A stretch of DNA of 64,000 nt from Planctomycetota bacterium (GTDB lineage: Bacteria; Planctomycetota; UBA11346). The DNA is taken from the NCBI GenBank assembly GCA_038231435.1, contig JBBRLJ010000027.1, positions 1 through 64,000 on the forward strand. The letters are read 5' to 3'. How positions within the stretch are numbered: the first letter of the stretch is position 1; each line of letters begins with the position of its first letter. The notes below the pieces were generated by a model that was given only the letters and a program-made list of their open reading frames with translations, searched no databases and had not been told where the DNA came from. Of this stretch, positions 47,501 to 55,744 are shown one piece after another. Both the position numbers and the translations under genes were made by a program.

Positions 47501-47668
47501 GTCAACGCCTTCGGGGCGGGCGCTGAACTGCGCCGCGCCACGGGCGTGACGGTGTTCTCCGGCATGATCGGCGTGACCTTCTTCGGCCTGCTGCTCACCC
47601 CGGTGTTCTACGTGGTTCTGCGCAAGATCAGCGGCCGCAAGCTGCACGTCCACGACGAGACTGACTGA
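44522..47668 (+). CDS. RND efflux permease (HAE1, MexF-like)
   Basis: FIDRPIFA, LPISEYP, GIVVDDAIVVTEN, GLACKNAILIVEFA, RFRPVLMTS; ATGA overlap. Confidence 0.95.
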   Translation: MRLPQYFIDRPIFAGVLSIFIMLIGAAALTRLPISEYPEVVPPTLVIAARYPGASPETVSATVAGPLEQQMTGLNDLLYMLSQSSADGGMSLTLTFKKGTNLNDALVEVQNRIQQASPRLPDEVRRFGVVAQRRGDLLMVINVLSEDNSFDTLTLVNYSKLFIRNRLATVPGVGDAVVFGAGDYSMRVWLDPAKLDARGLQPGDVINAIRGQNVQVTAGTLAEPPTTGVAPIQLQLITQGRLSDAKEFEDIIVSRGAQGQLVRLSDVARVELGGNTYAIASSLDNKPAAAIPIFQAPGSNALATSTAVRAMMDEITKTMPKGMAPYIIYDPTTFVRASITEVVKTLLIAIGLVVLVVILFLQTWRASLIPLVAVPSSLIGTFAVMYWLGFSINSLSLFGLVLSIGIVVDDAIVVTENVLRNLENGLQPRAATKQAMREVSGPIVASALVLSSVFIPTAFISGLSGAFYQQFALTIAISTVISAFSSLTLSPALAALLLKPMVHGQRPGGPLLGWFFGGFNWLFGATSSGYVRAAATGIRFRPIMLVLYACLIGLGVWLFMRTPSAFVPAQDKGFLIVIVKLPDGASLDRTKEAVRQMTELAHKNPAVKNVIVFAGMSPAFASMSNFALGFIRLNEYEERTTPELSGPAIAGALSGAFSQVPDALCFAFSPPPVFGLGLTGGFDLFLQDRSGMGLPALYATAQQVLGGMRQSKLLDPGQSRTLFTMGVPRIQVDVDREKLVAQGVPIANVYDALQGYFGSVYVNDFNRFNRTWQVTVQADSPFRMSPNDVTRIKVKNNAGQMVPLSSFVALSEVAGPTQANNYNTYPSIDISGAGAPGVSGDQAMAETTSILQRTLPPGVGYEWTGLTYQQILAGNSAVYIFPICVLLVVLVLAAFYESIVLPLAIVLIVPLCLLSAFIGINLAHGDNNIMTQIGLIVLVGLACKNAILIVEFAKDAETLHGLDPISAAVDACRKRFRPVLMTSLAFIMGVLPLVNAFGAGAELRRATGVTVFSGMIGVTFFGLLLTPVFYVVLRKISGRKLHVHDETD

Positions 47669-47680
47669 GCAACACCACGG

Positions 47681-47709
47681 AAAAGCCCACGGCCGCCTGG
47701 CCGTGGGCT
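47681..47709 (-). terminator. Rho-independent terminator between convergent genes
   Basis: 11-bp stem AGCCCACGGCC-gcct-GGCCGTGGGCT with an A-run on the left (U-tail on the minus strand). Confidence 0.8.
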
Positions 47710-47733
47710 CGCGAGGCGTTCCTCTTACGCGGT

Positions 47734-48351
47734 TCAGACGTCGGTGGGAGTCGTCGAGGTGCGGGTGCTGCCCTGGCCGCTGCTCTTGCCAGAGGTAGAG
47801 GACTTGTTCTTGTCGCGATTCGCGCCGCTCTTGGGAACGCTCGACTCGCCGGTGTAGGCGATGTCCTTGGCGCCGCCCTGCTTGAAGATCTCCTTCACGC
47901 GGCTGATCTCGTCGCCCTTCTCGGTATGCACCGAGATGAGGATGTTGCCTTCGCGGATCATGCCCTCGTAGCGCTTGGCTTCGTACTCCGGGATGCCAAG
48001 GCCGATCAGGGCGCCGGTGAGTCCGCCGACCGCGCCGCCGACCGCCGCGCCACCGAGCGCCGCCATGATCGGCCCGGCGGCGATGAACGGACCGACGCCG
48101 GGGATCGCGAGCGCGCCGATGCCGACGAGCCAGCCGAGCGCGCCGCCGAGCAGGCCACCCGTCGCGCCGCCGGTCGCCGCGCCCTCGGGCGCCTTGGTGT
48201 GCTTCTCGTGGGCGAAGTCCTTGCCGCTGCGCTTGTCGGGGAACAACGCCGAGATGTCGCTTCCTGCGAAGCCTGCGGCGCGGAGCTGGTCGACGATGGC
48301 ATCGGCCTGCTGGGTGGTGGGGATGATGGCGATGACGGATTTGTTGCTCAT
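47734..48351 (-). CDS. General stress protein 17M-like / glycine-zipper membrane protein
   Basis: AVDQL-like start, GF...ISAL, GGALGWLVGIGALAIPGVGPFIAAGP, GIPEYEAKRYE. Confidence 0.85.
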   Translation of the reverse strand: MSNKSVIAIIPTTQQADAIVDQLRAAGFAGSDISALFPDKRSGKDFAHEKHTKAPEGAATGGATGGLLGGALGWLVGIGALAIPGVGPFIAAGPIMAALGGAAVGGAVGGLTGALIGLGIPEYEAKRYEGMIREGNILISVHTEKGDEISRVKEIFKQGGAKDIAYTGESSVPKSGANRDKNKSSTSGKSSGQGSTRTSTTPTDV

Positions 48352-48391
48352 GGGATGATCCTTGGTGGGTGTGGGTGATGAGTCGACGCGA

Positions 48392-48808
48392 TCACTTCGC
48401 GGCGATCTCGAGCTGGTTGTCGACCTTGGTCACGCCGGCGGTCTTGGTGGCGAGATCGCCGATGCGGCTCTTCTCGTTCTCGTCCTTCACCGGTCCGCGC
48501 AGCGTCACCACGCCATCCTTGGCAAGGATCTTGACGTTGTGGCCGTTGGTCGAGATGGCGTCGTCCTTGGTCACCGCGCGACGGATCGCTTGCAGCAGCT
48601 TGCGGTCGGCTTCGCTGAGGTTCTGGTCGTCGGCGGTGGGATTCGCGTCGTCGCGATCGCGCTTGTTGACCTTGGTGTTTGCCGGATCGGTGGCGGGCGC
48701 GCCGATGGTCGCTGCGGAGGTGTCGGTGGCGGGCGCAGGCGTGGAGGCGTCGGCCGCATAGGCGTTGCCGAAGCAGGCGGCCACGGCGCACAGGAGCAGA
48801 TGTTTCAT
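48392..48808 (-). CDS. BON domain protein (OsmY-like)
   Basis: Signal peptide; DNTxxNxRDR-like motif; NVKILAKDGVVTLRGPV...GVTKVDNQL. Confidence 0.9.
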   Translation of the reverse strand: MKHLLLCAVAACFGNAYAADASTPAPATDTSAATIGAPATDPANTKVNKRDRDDANPTADDQNLSEADRKLLQAIRRAVTKDDAISTNGHNVKILAKDGVVTLRGPVKDENEKSRIGDLATKTAGVTKVDNQLEIAAK

Positions 48809-49104
48809 GGGTCGTTCCTTAGGGGTTTCACGGTGATCGAGTGGGAACCATGCCCAAACGACCTTGTGCGCGGAGATCCCGATTGCCAAACCCTGCACCC
48901 AGGACCTATCTACACGATCCGCCATGCCTTGGCGTGTCCGCGAGGAGCCTCACGAGCAGCGATCCGGGTACGGACACGTCATCCGGTAGAGGCTTTGCGG
49001 AATTGGTGCACCGTCGCCGCCCGCCGTCCGTCAGAGTCTGAACTATACCCCGCATCGGCATGCGCTGATAACGGCTGAATCATCATCACCCACGGGATTC
49101 CCAC

Positions 49105-49308
49105 ATGAACAAGCCCATCGCCATCGTGTTCCTCGTCGCCGGCATCGTCCTCCTGGTCTTCGGTTTCACCTCGGCCGACTCCATCGGTTCGCACATCACC
49201 AAGTTCTTCTCGGGGCATCCCACCGACAAGGCGATGTGGCTGCTGATCGGCGGTGCGGTCTGCACGGCGATCGGACTGATCGGCCTCGCGCGCACGGGCA
49301 AGGCCTAG
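49105..49308 (+). CDS. DUF3185-like small membrane protein
   Basis: Two TM helices around KFFSGHPTDKAMWLLIGG. Confidence 0.8.
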   Translation: MNKPIAIVFLVAGIVLLVFGFTSADSIGSHITKFFSGHPTDKAMWLLIGGAVCTAIGLIGLARTGKA

Positions 49309-49342
49309 TCTTGCCGATCATCCCTCACGCGCCGGTGGCGAT

Positions 49343-50509
49343 ATGAAAGAACCATCCAGCGCCACCTCCGGCGCGCTGGTGCCATCCGAATCGGCGCTGC
49401 GTCCGCCGACCCTGGCTGCCCACGTGGCCCCGGCGATGGTCCAGGCGAAGGCCGCGACCGGCGTCCTGCTGCTGATGCTGATGGCGACGCTCTACATCGG
49501 CAAGGCGCTGTTCCTGCCCATCATCATCGCGGTGATGCTGAGCTTCCTGTTCGCGCCGTTCGTGCGCTGGTTGGCCGATGTCGGCATCCCGCGCATGCTG
49601 GGCGCGCTCATCGTCCTCGGACTGGTCGGAGGGGTGATCGGCGTTGGCGCCTATCAGCTGTCCGGACCAGCCAGCGAATGGATGGAGCGCCTGCCCGAAG
49701 CACTGAAGGACGTCAAAACCAAGCTCCACTCGCTCAAGCATCCGGTGGACCGGGTGAATGAGGCCGCCAAGCAGGTGGAGACCCTGACCACCGCCAAGGA
49801 TCCGGGACAGCAGGTGGTGTCGATGGCGCAGCCGTCGAGCCTCGCCTCGCACGTGATGAGCAGTACTGGCGAATTCCTCGCCGGCATGCTGATCACGGTG
49901 ATCGCGCTGTTCTTCCTGCTCGCGACCGGCGGGGTGATCCTCGACCGCTTCGTGGCCCTCATACCCGCCCTGCGCAGCGATCACGATCCGAGCAAGATGC
50001 TGCTCGGGACCCAGCCCGAGCTCGATTCCACCATGGTGCTGCGCGAGAGCGAACGCCTCGTCGGGATGTTCCTGCGCACCACCATCGTGATCAATACCGC
50101 CCTGGGCGCGGTGCTCAGTCTCGCCTTCTGGGCGGCCGGCCTGCCCAACCCTCTGCTGTGGGGCGTGCTCGCCGGCATCCTCAACTTCCTGCCGTACGTC
50201 GGGCCGGTGATTGGTATTCCCATCGTCGGCTTGGCATCGCTGGTGTCGTTCGACACCGTGACCCAGGCGCTGGGCCCACCGCTGATCTACGCCGGCTGCG
50301 CGTGCATCGAGGGCAACATGATCACGCCCTATGTCCTGGGCAGGCGCCTGGAGATGAGCCCGATCGCGATCTTCCTGTGGATGGCGCTGTGGGCGTGGAT
50401 GTGGGGCGCCGCGGGCGCGCTCATCGCCGTGCCCATGCTGGTGATGGTCAAGGCGTTCTGCTCGCGCATCGAGGAGCTCAAGGGCTTCGCGCGCGTGATC
50501 GAGCCGTGA
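49343..50509 (+). CDS. AI-2E family transporter
   Basis: LNFLPYVGP, IEGNMITPYVLG, WGAAGALIAVP. Confidence 0.9.
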   Translation: MKEPSSATSGALVPSESALRPPTLAAHVAPAMVQAKAATGVLLLMLMATLYIGKALFLPIIIAVMLSFLFAPFVRWLADVGIPRMLGALIVLGLVGGVIGVGAYQLSGPASEWMERLPEALKDVKTKLHSLKHPVDRVNEAAKQVETLTTAKDPGQQVVSMAQPSSLASHVMSSTGEFLAGMLITVIALFFLLATGGVILDRFVALIPALRSDHDPSKMLLGTQPELDSTMVLRESERLVGMFLRTTIVINTALGAVLSLAFWAAGLPNPLLWGVLAGILNFLPYVGPVIGIPIVGLASLVSFDTVTQALGPPLIYAGCACIEGNMITPYVLGRRLEMSPIAIFLWMALWAWMWGAAGALIAVPMLVMVKAFCSRIEELKGFARVIEP

Positions 50510-50642
50510 CGCTCGTGGCCGACGGGACCTCTTTGGAGGATTCGTGGCCGCGGCGGATCCACCTCGCTTGCACCCCGCCGGCATGACGATGAGATTGCGC
50601 ATCATTCCGCGCTCTCCCAACTCCCAGGTGAAAGAAGGCCCC

Positions 50643-51089
50643 ATGCCCCGCTCCCTCATCGCCACTGCCGCGCTCCTCTGCTGCCTGCTTCCCGCGCGCG
50701 GCCTCTCCGCCGCCAGCGCCGACGATCTGGTCGGCACGTGGGTGGTCGATACCGAGGCGACCTGGGACAAGCTCAAGGCGCTCCCCGAGATGGCCGCTGT
50801 CGCCGCCAACCAGGTGGAGACGGTCAAGGCCGCGTTCACCACGCAGTTCTCGACGGCCTCCTTCGAGTTCACCACCGAGAAGCTGGTCTCGACGGTCAAC
50901 GGCGAGAAGAAGGAGGAATCCTACACGGTCACCAAGACCGACGGCGACACGCTCTACACCGACGACACCGCGGCCGACGGCAAGGTCAGCCACAGCAAGG
51001 TCCTGGTCGCGAAGGACAAGCTCGAGTTGACCAACGTCGCCGAGCCCACCCAGACGGTGGTGCTCAAGCGCAAGGCCGCCGGCAAGTGA
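50643..51089 (+). CDS. Secreted hypothetical protein, lipocalin-like beta-barrel
   Basis: Signal peptide; LVGTW motif; alternating beta-strand pattern. Confidence 0.7.
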   Translation: MPRSLIATAALLCCLLPARGLSAASADDLVGTWVVDTEATWDKLKALPEMAAVAANQVETVKAAFTTQFSTASFEFTTEKLVSTVNGEKKEESYTVTKTDGDTLYTDDTAADGKVSHSKVLVAKDKLELTNVAEPTQTVVLKRKAAGK

Positions 51090-51138
51090 CGCACGGCTCA
51101 GCCGATGCCGCGGCCGCGGCATCGGCTGCACCGCTTCC

Positions 51139-51567
51139 TCAGAACACCAGCAGCTTCCCGCCCAGATACATCATCTCGCGCGCGTACCAGAACAGCGGGA
51201 GCGATACCGCGACGTAGGCGAGCAGGCGGATGGTGAACGCATGCCGCGGCGGCCTCAGCGTCAGGCTGAGCGTGGTGAGGGCGATGGCGAAGGGCAGCAG
51301 CAGCCAGGCGTTCGCTGAAAAAATATCGTTCAGCCCGAGGGCCTGGGTGGTGCGATCGGTGATGTAGATGCTGCCACGGAGCTCGGCCTTGGTCCATCCC
51401 ATGAGATGGGCCGCCAACACCAGCGGGATGACCGCGTTCCACCTGAGGATGGACAGCGCCGCTTGCGCGCGGGTCCTCGGCCGGGGTTGGAAACCATCAC
51501 CGGTGTTCACGTCGACATGCATCGCCGCTCCAAGCATCGCATCCTCTAGCATCGCCTCTTCTAGCAT
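51139..51567 (-). CDS. Hypothetical membrane protein (about 3 TM)
   Basis: Hydrophobic segments. Start ambiguous because of the 15-bp repeat encoding MLEEA-MLEDA-MLGAA-M. Confidence 0.5.
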   Translation of the reverse strand: MLEEAMLEDAMLGAAMHVDVNTGDGFQPRPRTRAQAALSILRWNAVIPLVLAAHLMGWTKAELRGSIYITDRTTQALGLNDIFSANAWLLLPFAIALTTLSLTLRPPRHAFTIRLLAYVAVSLPLFWYAREMMYLGGKLLVF

Positions 51568-51760
51568 CGAGGCCTTCCGTGCTTCCGGGCCTGCCCGAGC
51601 TCGGGGCCCGGCTCGGGACGAGTCCAACGTCCCGCCAATCGCAGTGTATATACGAGTGTCCTCGTCAGCGGTTGACCCCGCCTTCCGACCATCCGCGTAT
51701 GACTGCGGATGCTCGCACCCTGCATCTCATCTACTTCATCCCCACATTCCGGAACACTCC

Positions 51761-53737
51761 ATGATCCAGCGTCGCCCCGTGCTCGTCGCCTCCCTCCTCG
51801 GATTGGCCCTCGCCAGCGGCTTCGCCGGCGCTCCCTCGGCGTCCGGGTCCGAGACTACCGGCGGCGCGCCCGTGCTGATCGAGACTTCGGTGATGCCTGA
51901 TCTGGCCGCGACCAGAAAGCGTTTCCAAGCAGGGCCGTTTTCCGCGATCTGGCAGCTTCCGGCGATGGCGCCCGCGCGCGCGAAATTCGACGCCTTCCTC
52001 GCGACGCTCAAGAGCGAGCGCGGCATCGATGGCGCCGCCATCCTCGCCGATGCGACGGCGTACCGCGAGCAGGCCTTCGCCGCTTCCGGCACCATGGGGT
52101 TCCGCCTCGGGCTGCGCCTGCCGGCGACCCTCGACGCGCAATGGGCGGCGATGACGGCGAAGCAGCCCGCCGACGCGACTGGCGCGATCACCAAAGACGG
52201 CTTCGCGTGGACGCACGGCGCGGGCTGGCTGATGGGCGCGAAGGGCGTGCCGGCGAGCGCCGCCGAGATCTCCGCGCCGAGCGCTCCGACCGGATGCGAC
52301 GGTTTCACCCGCGTCGACATCACGGCGATCTGGCGCGCGCTCGAGCTGCCCGAGGCATCCGCGGCCGTCGACGCTCTGCACCTGTCCACCATCGACTACG
52401 CCTGCGTTTTCACGCCCGGTGGATCAAGCGAATCGCTGGACATGCCGCGCTTCCACCTGCCGCTGCAGCCGGTTGATGCCGCCGCGCTGTCGTGCCTGCC
52501 CGAGGACGCGATCCTGGTCGCCGCTGCAGGCATCGACGGCCACAAGCTCTCAGCGATGATCGCGACCTGCGCCACGGCCTCGCCCACGTTGGACACAGGC
52601 ATCCATTCCGCCGACCAGGCGCTCGGCGCGATGGCGCTTCCGCCTATCGCCGCCCTGCTCGGGTCGATCTCGGGCACCGCTTATCTCGCGATCACGCGCG
52701 GCTCGCCGTTTCCCGGCGTCACCATCGCCGTGCCGGCGAGCGCGGAGATCGATCGTGCGCTCGACGGCCTCGCTGGCTCGATGAGCACCGATCAGCCGCT
52801 CGATCTCGCCGCGGCACGGACGACGGCCCAGGTCATCCCCCTGCCGAACGGCGCGCCGGTGATGCTGCAGATCCGACGCACCGCGACGCACTGGGTGCTC
52901 TCCAGCGATGCGGCTGTCATGATGGCGCTCGAGGCGGCTCCCGATCCCGCTGCAAAATCCCTGCTCGATCTCGTGGCCAAGGCGACCGTGCTCGCGGCCG
53001 GTACCAGGCCGAACGCGGTGTTCTACGAGGACAACCGCGCGCTCGCCGAACTGTTGGTGAATACCGGCGGTTTGGCGATGGGAGCCTTAGGCGCAAAGGC
53101 CAAGAAGGACCCCGAAGCGAAGCAGCAGCTCGAGATGCTGCGCATGGTGATGACCGCGCTGTCGGCGGCAGCGCCCAAGTTGCCGAACTCGCTCATGGCG
53201 GTGCTCGACCGCGCCGACGGCACGCACGTCATGATGGAGAACGGTGCCGTCCCCGCATGGGCATCGGCGATCGGCGCCGGCATGGCGCTGCCCGCGATCG
53301 CCATGACCCGCGCCGCCGCGCGCCGGGCGTCGTGCGGCAACAACGAGCGCCAGATCATCCGCGGCGCCCTGGTCTTCGCGAACGAGAATGACGGCAAGTG
53401 GCCCGCGGATCTCGCGGTCGTGCGCAAGGAATCGCAGCTGCCGGCGGCGCTGTTCACCTCGCCCAGCGATCCGACCGTCGCCGATCCCTACTGCTACGTG
53501 CGCCCCGTGCCCGAAGCCGAGGCGATGCAGCCGGTGCTGGTCGAGGATCCCGCCTGCAACAAGGGCAAGGGCAGCATGGTCACCTTCGGCGACGGTCATG
53601 TCGAATACCTCAAGGGCACGCTGGCGTGGGCCGAGGCGAAGCGGCTGGCCGCGCTGCCCAAGGCCAAGGCGGACGGCATCGAGGCCAAGGACTGGGCAGA
53701 GATCAGGGAGCCCGCGTCGGCACCAGACGCGAAATGA
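51761..53737 (+). CDS. Secreted large protein with C-terminal DUF1559/H-X9-DG-like pilin-associated module
   Basis: Signal peptide; late ALPAIAMTRAAARRASCGNNERQI (pilin alpha1-C pattern); FTSPSD; VTFGDGHVE. Confidence 0.75.
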   Translation: MIQRRPVLVASLLGLALASGFAGAPSASGSETTGGAPVLIETSVMPDLAATRKRFQAGPFSAIWQLPAMAPARAKFDAFLATLKSERGIDGAAILADATAYREQAFAASGTMGFRLGLRLPATLDAQWAAMTAKQPADATGAITKDGFAWTHGAGWLMGAKGVPASAAEISAPSAPTGCDGFTRVDITAIWRALELPEASAAVDALHLSTIDYACVFTPGGSSESLDMPRFHLPLQPVDAAALSCLPEDAILVAAAGIDGHKLSAMIATCATASPTLDTGIHSADQALGAMALPPIAALLGSISGTAYLAITRGSPFPGVTIAVPASAEIDRALDGLAGSMSTDQPLDLAAARTTAQVIPLPNGAPVMLQIRRTATHWVLSSDAAVMMALEAAPDPAAKSLLDLVAKATVLAAGTRPNAVFYEDNRALAELLVNTGGLAMGALGAKAKKDPEAKQQLEMLRMVMTALSAAAPKLPNSLMAVLDRADGTHVMMENGAVPAWASAIGAGMALPAIAMTRAAARRASCGNNERQIIRGALVFANENDGKWPADLAVVRKESQLPAALFTSPSDPTVADPYCYVRPVPEAEAMQPVLVEDPACNKGKGSMVTFGDGHVEYLKGTLAWAEAKRLAALPKAKADGIEAKDWAEIREPASAPDAK

Positions 53738-53892
53738 CGGCGGACATCGCCGCGATATGACGCGCTGCGCGCAGGCCGACTGCATCACACATGGCGGGAA
53801 GGAGGCGCACGATCCGACGCTTACCCAGCCGTAACTCCGGAACCCACCATCGAGGCCCAGCCTCGCGGACTCCGCAGCCACCGGGAACAGCC

Positions 53893-55713
53893 ATGCCATC
53901 CATGATCGCCACCGTGAGAGCGCGCATCTCCTCCGTGGGCCTGACGCTGGCCTGCTTGGCGGCCATCAGTTTCGCCGCCGTCATGACCGCGGTCGCGGCA
54001 GATGTCACGATCGACATCGATGAGACGACGGTCGTCCACCGGACCGACGCCACCTTCAGCGGCACCAACCTGTGCGCGCTGTGGAACCCGACCATGGTCG
54101 GGCCGGCGACGCGCAAGGCAGCGTCGCAACTGGGATTGGACCTGATCCGCTTCCCAGGCGGCGTGCCAGCGCACTGGTGGGATTGGGAGAAGCCGTTCCA
54201 GACCGGCGAATCGAAGTTCACCGCCGAGATGGTGTGGTCGTTCGCGCAGGAATGCGGCGCGAAGGTGATGTTCCAGACCAACACCTGCACCACCAATCCG
54301 GCCAAGAACCTCGACGCGAGCGGCAAGCACCAGGCCGACTGGGTCGCCTACGCGAAGAAGCAGGGCATCGACGTGGCCTGGTGGGAGATCGGCAACGAGC
54401 CCGAGAACGACGGGCCGGGCAAGGAGAACCTCGACAACGTGATGGCGTGGTACAACGGCAAGTTCACCGAGCAGGGCACGGCCATGAAGGCCGTCGACCC
54501 GCGCGCCAGGATCATGGGCCCGTCCTCGACCAACGTCTACTTCTGGTGGAATCAGCACTGCCTGGAGAAGTTCCTGGTCGCGCACGGCAACCTCAAGGGC
54601 GATGGACTGACCGACGGCATCTCGCTGCACTGGTATCCCGAGGGCGGCGCCGGCGCCTGGGAGCAGAAGCGCGCGACCGCCCAAGGCTGGTACGGCGCCA
54701 TGGATTTCCTGCGCAAGGCGATCGCGCCGCTCGACGACCGCAACCTGCCGATCTACATCACCGAATGGAACTGGGGCGGCGGCTTCAACACCCCGTACTG
54801 CCGCTTCCTCTCGAACGCGCTCGGCTGCGCCGACGTCGTCGGCATGTTCCTGAAGACCGGCGTCAACGGCCACACCCACTTCGTCCTGCAGGGCACCCAG
54901 GGCTGGGGTCTGCTCGGCGAGAACTACGATCCGAGCGGCGAGAACAATCCCACGGTTACCTACTACGCCATCGCGCTCGCCGACAAGCTGCGCGGCGAGG
55001 TGCTCGCCTGCAAGGGATCCGTCGACGAGGGCAACGTCATGAGCGCCTACGCCACGCGCGATCCTCATGGCCGCATCGAGGTCATGCTCATCAACAAGAC
55101 CGCCAAGACCCAATCTGTCGCGGTTTCGTTCGCGAAATTCAAGGCCAAGCTCAAGGGCGTCGACGTCTACTCCTTGGCCGGCAAGACGGCGAATCCGAAC
55201 GAGGAGTCCGCGGTGTACAACGGCGTCGCCGCGCCCCGGCCGCAGGCCGATACCCTCCCGCCGCCGCTGACCGAGAACCCGGACGCCAAGAAGGAGTCCG
55301 AGAAGAAGATCGACGAACGCATGGCAGCGGACGCGAAGAAGGCGGATGAAGCGAAACTGAAGGCCGAGGAGGAACGCAAGAAGGCCGATATCCAGAAGGC
55401 GATCGACGACAAGAAATCGCCCTACGAAAAGAAGAAGGACGAGGAACGCCGCGTCGCCGATGAGAAGCGCAAGGCCGACAAGAAGAAGGCCGACGACGAC
55501 AAGGCGAAGGCCCTCGAGGAGAAGAAGGCGGCCGATGCCAAGAAGTCAGAGGAGCGCAAGGCGCTCGACGAGAAGCGCAAGCATCCCGCCGGGGCTTCTG
55601 GCAAGGACCCCGCGCCTGCGACCGCACCCGAGCCGCCCAAGGCCGACCCGGACTGCACCTATGAACAGAGCCTCGAGCCGATGTCCATGAAGGTGATCGT
55701 CTTCTGGCCGTGA
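53893..55713 (+). CDS. Secreted clan GH-A glycoside hydrolase (GH44/GH51/GH79-like)
   Basis: IRFPGG, WEIGNEP (acid/base), SLHWYP, YITEWN (nucleophile), VMLINK beta-sandwich; K/E-rich insert. Confidence 0.8.
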   Translation: MPSMIATVRARISSVGLTLACLAAISFAAVMTAVAADVTIDIDETTVVHRTDATFSGTNLCALWNPTMVGPATRKAASQLGLDLIRFPGGVPAHWWDWEKPFQTGESKFTAEMVWSFAQECGAKVMFQTNTCTTNPAKNLDASGKHQADWVAYAKKQGIDVAWWEIGNEPENDGPGKENLDNVMAWYNGKFTEQGTAMKAVDPRARIMGPSSTNVYFWWNQHCLEKFLVAHGNLKGDGLTDGISLHWYPEGGAGAWEQKRATAQGWYGAMDFLRKAIAPLDDRNLPIYITEWNWGGGFNTPYCRFLSNALGCADVVGMFLKTGVNGHTHFVLQGTQGWGLLGENYDPSGENNPTVTYYAIALADKLRGEVLACKGSVDEGNVMSAYATRDPHGRIEVMLINKTAKTQSVAVSFAKFKAKLKGVDVYSLAGKTANPNEESAVYNGVAAPRPQADTLPPPLTENPDAKKESEKKIDERMAADAKKADEAKLKAEEERKKADIQKAIDDKKSPYEKKKDEERRVADEKRKADKKKADDDKAKALEEKKAADAKKSEERKALDEKRKHPAGASGKDPAPATAPEPPKADPDCTYEQSLEPMSMKVIVFWP

Positions 55714-55744
55714 TGCGCGGCCGCGCCGGCCGGGCGGAAGAGCC

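Noticed and set aside
43233..47668. RND pump without an outer-membrane factor as a novelty
   Set aside because: OMF genes are often encoded elsewhere in the genome; unremarkable.
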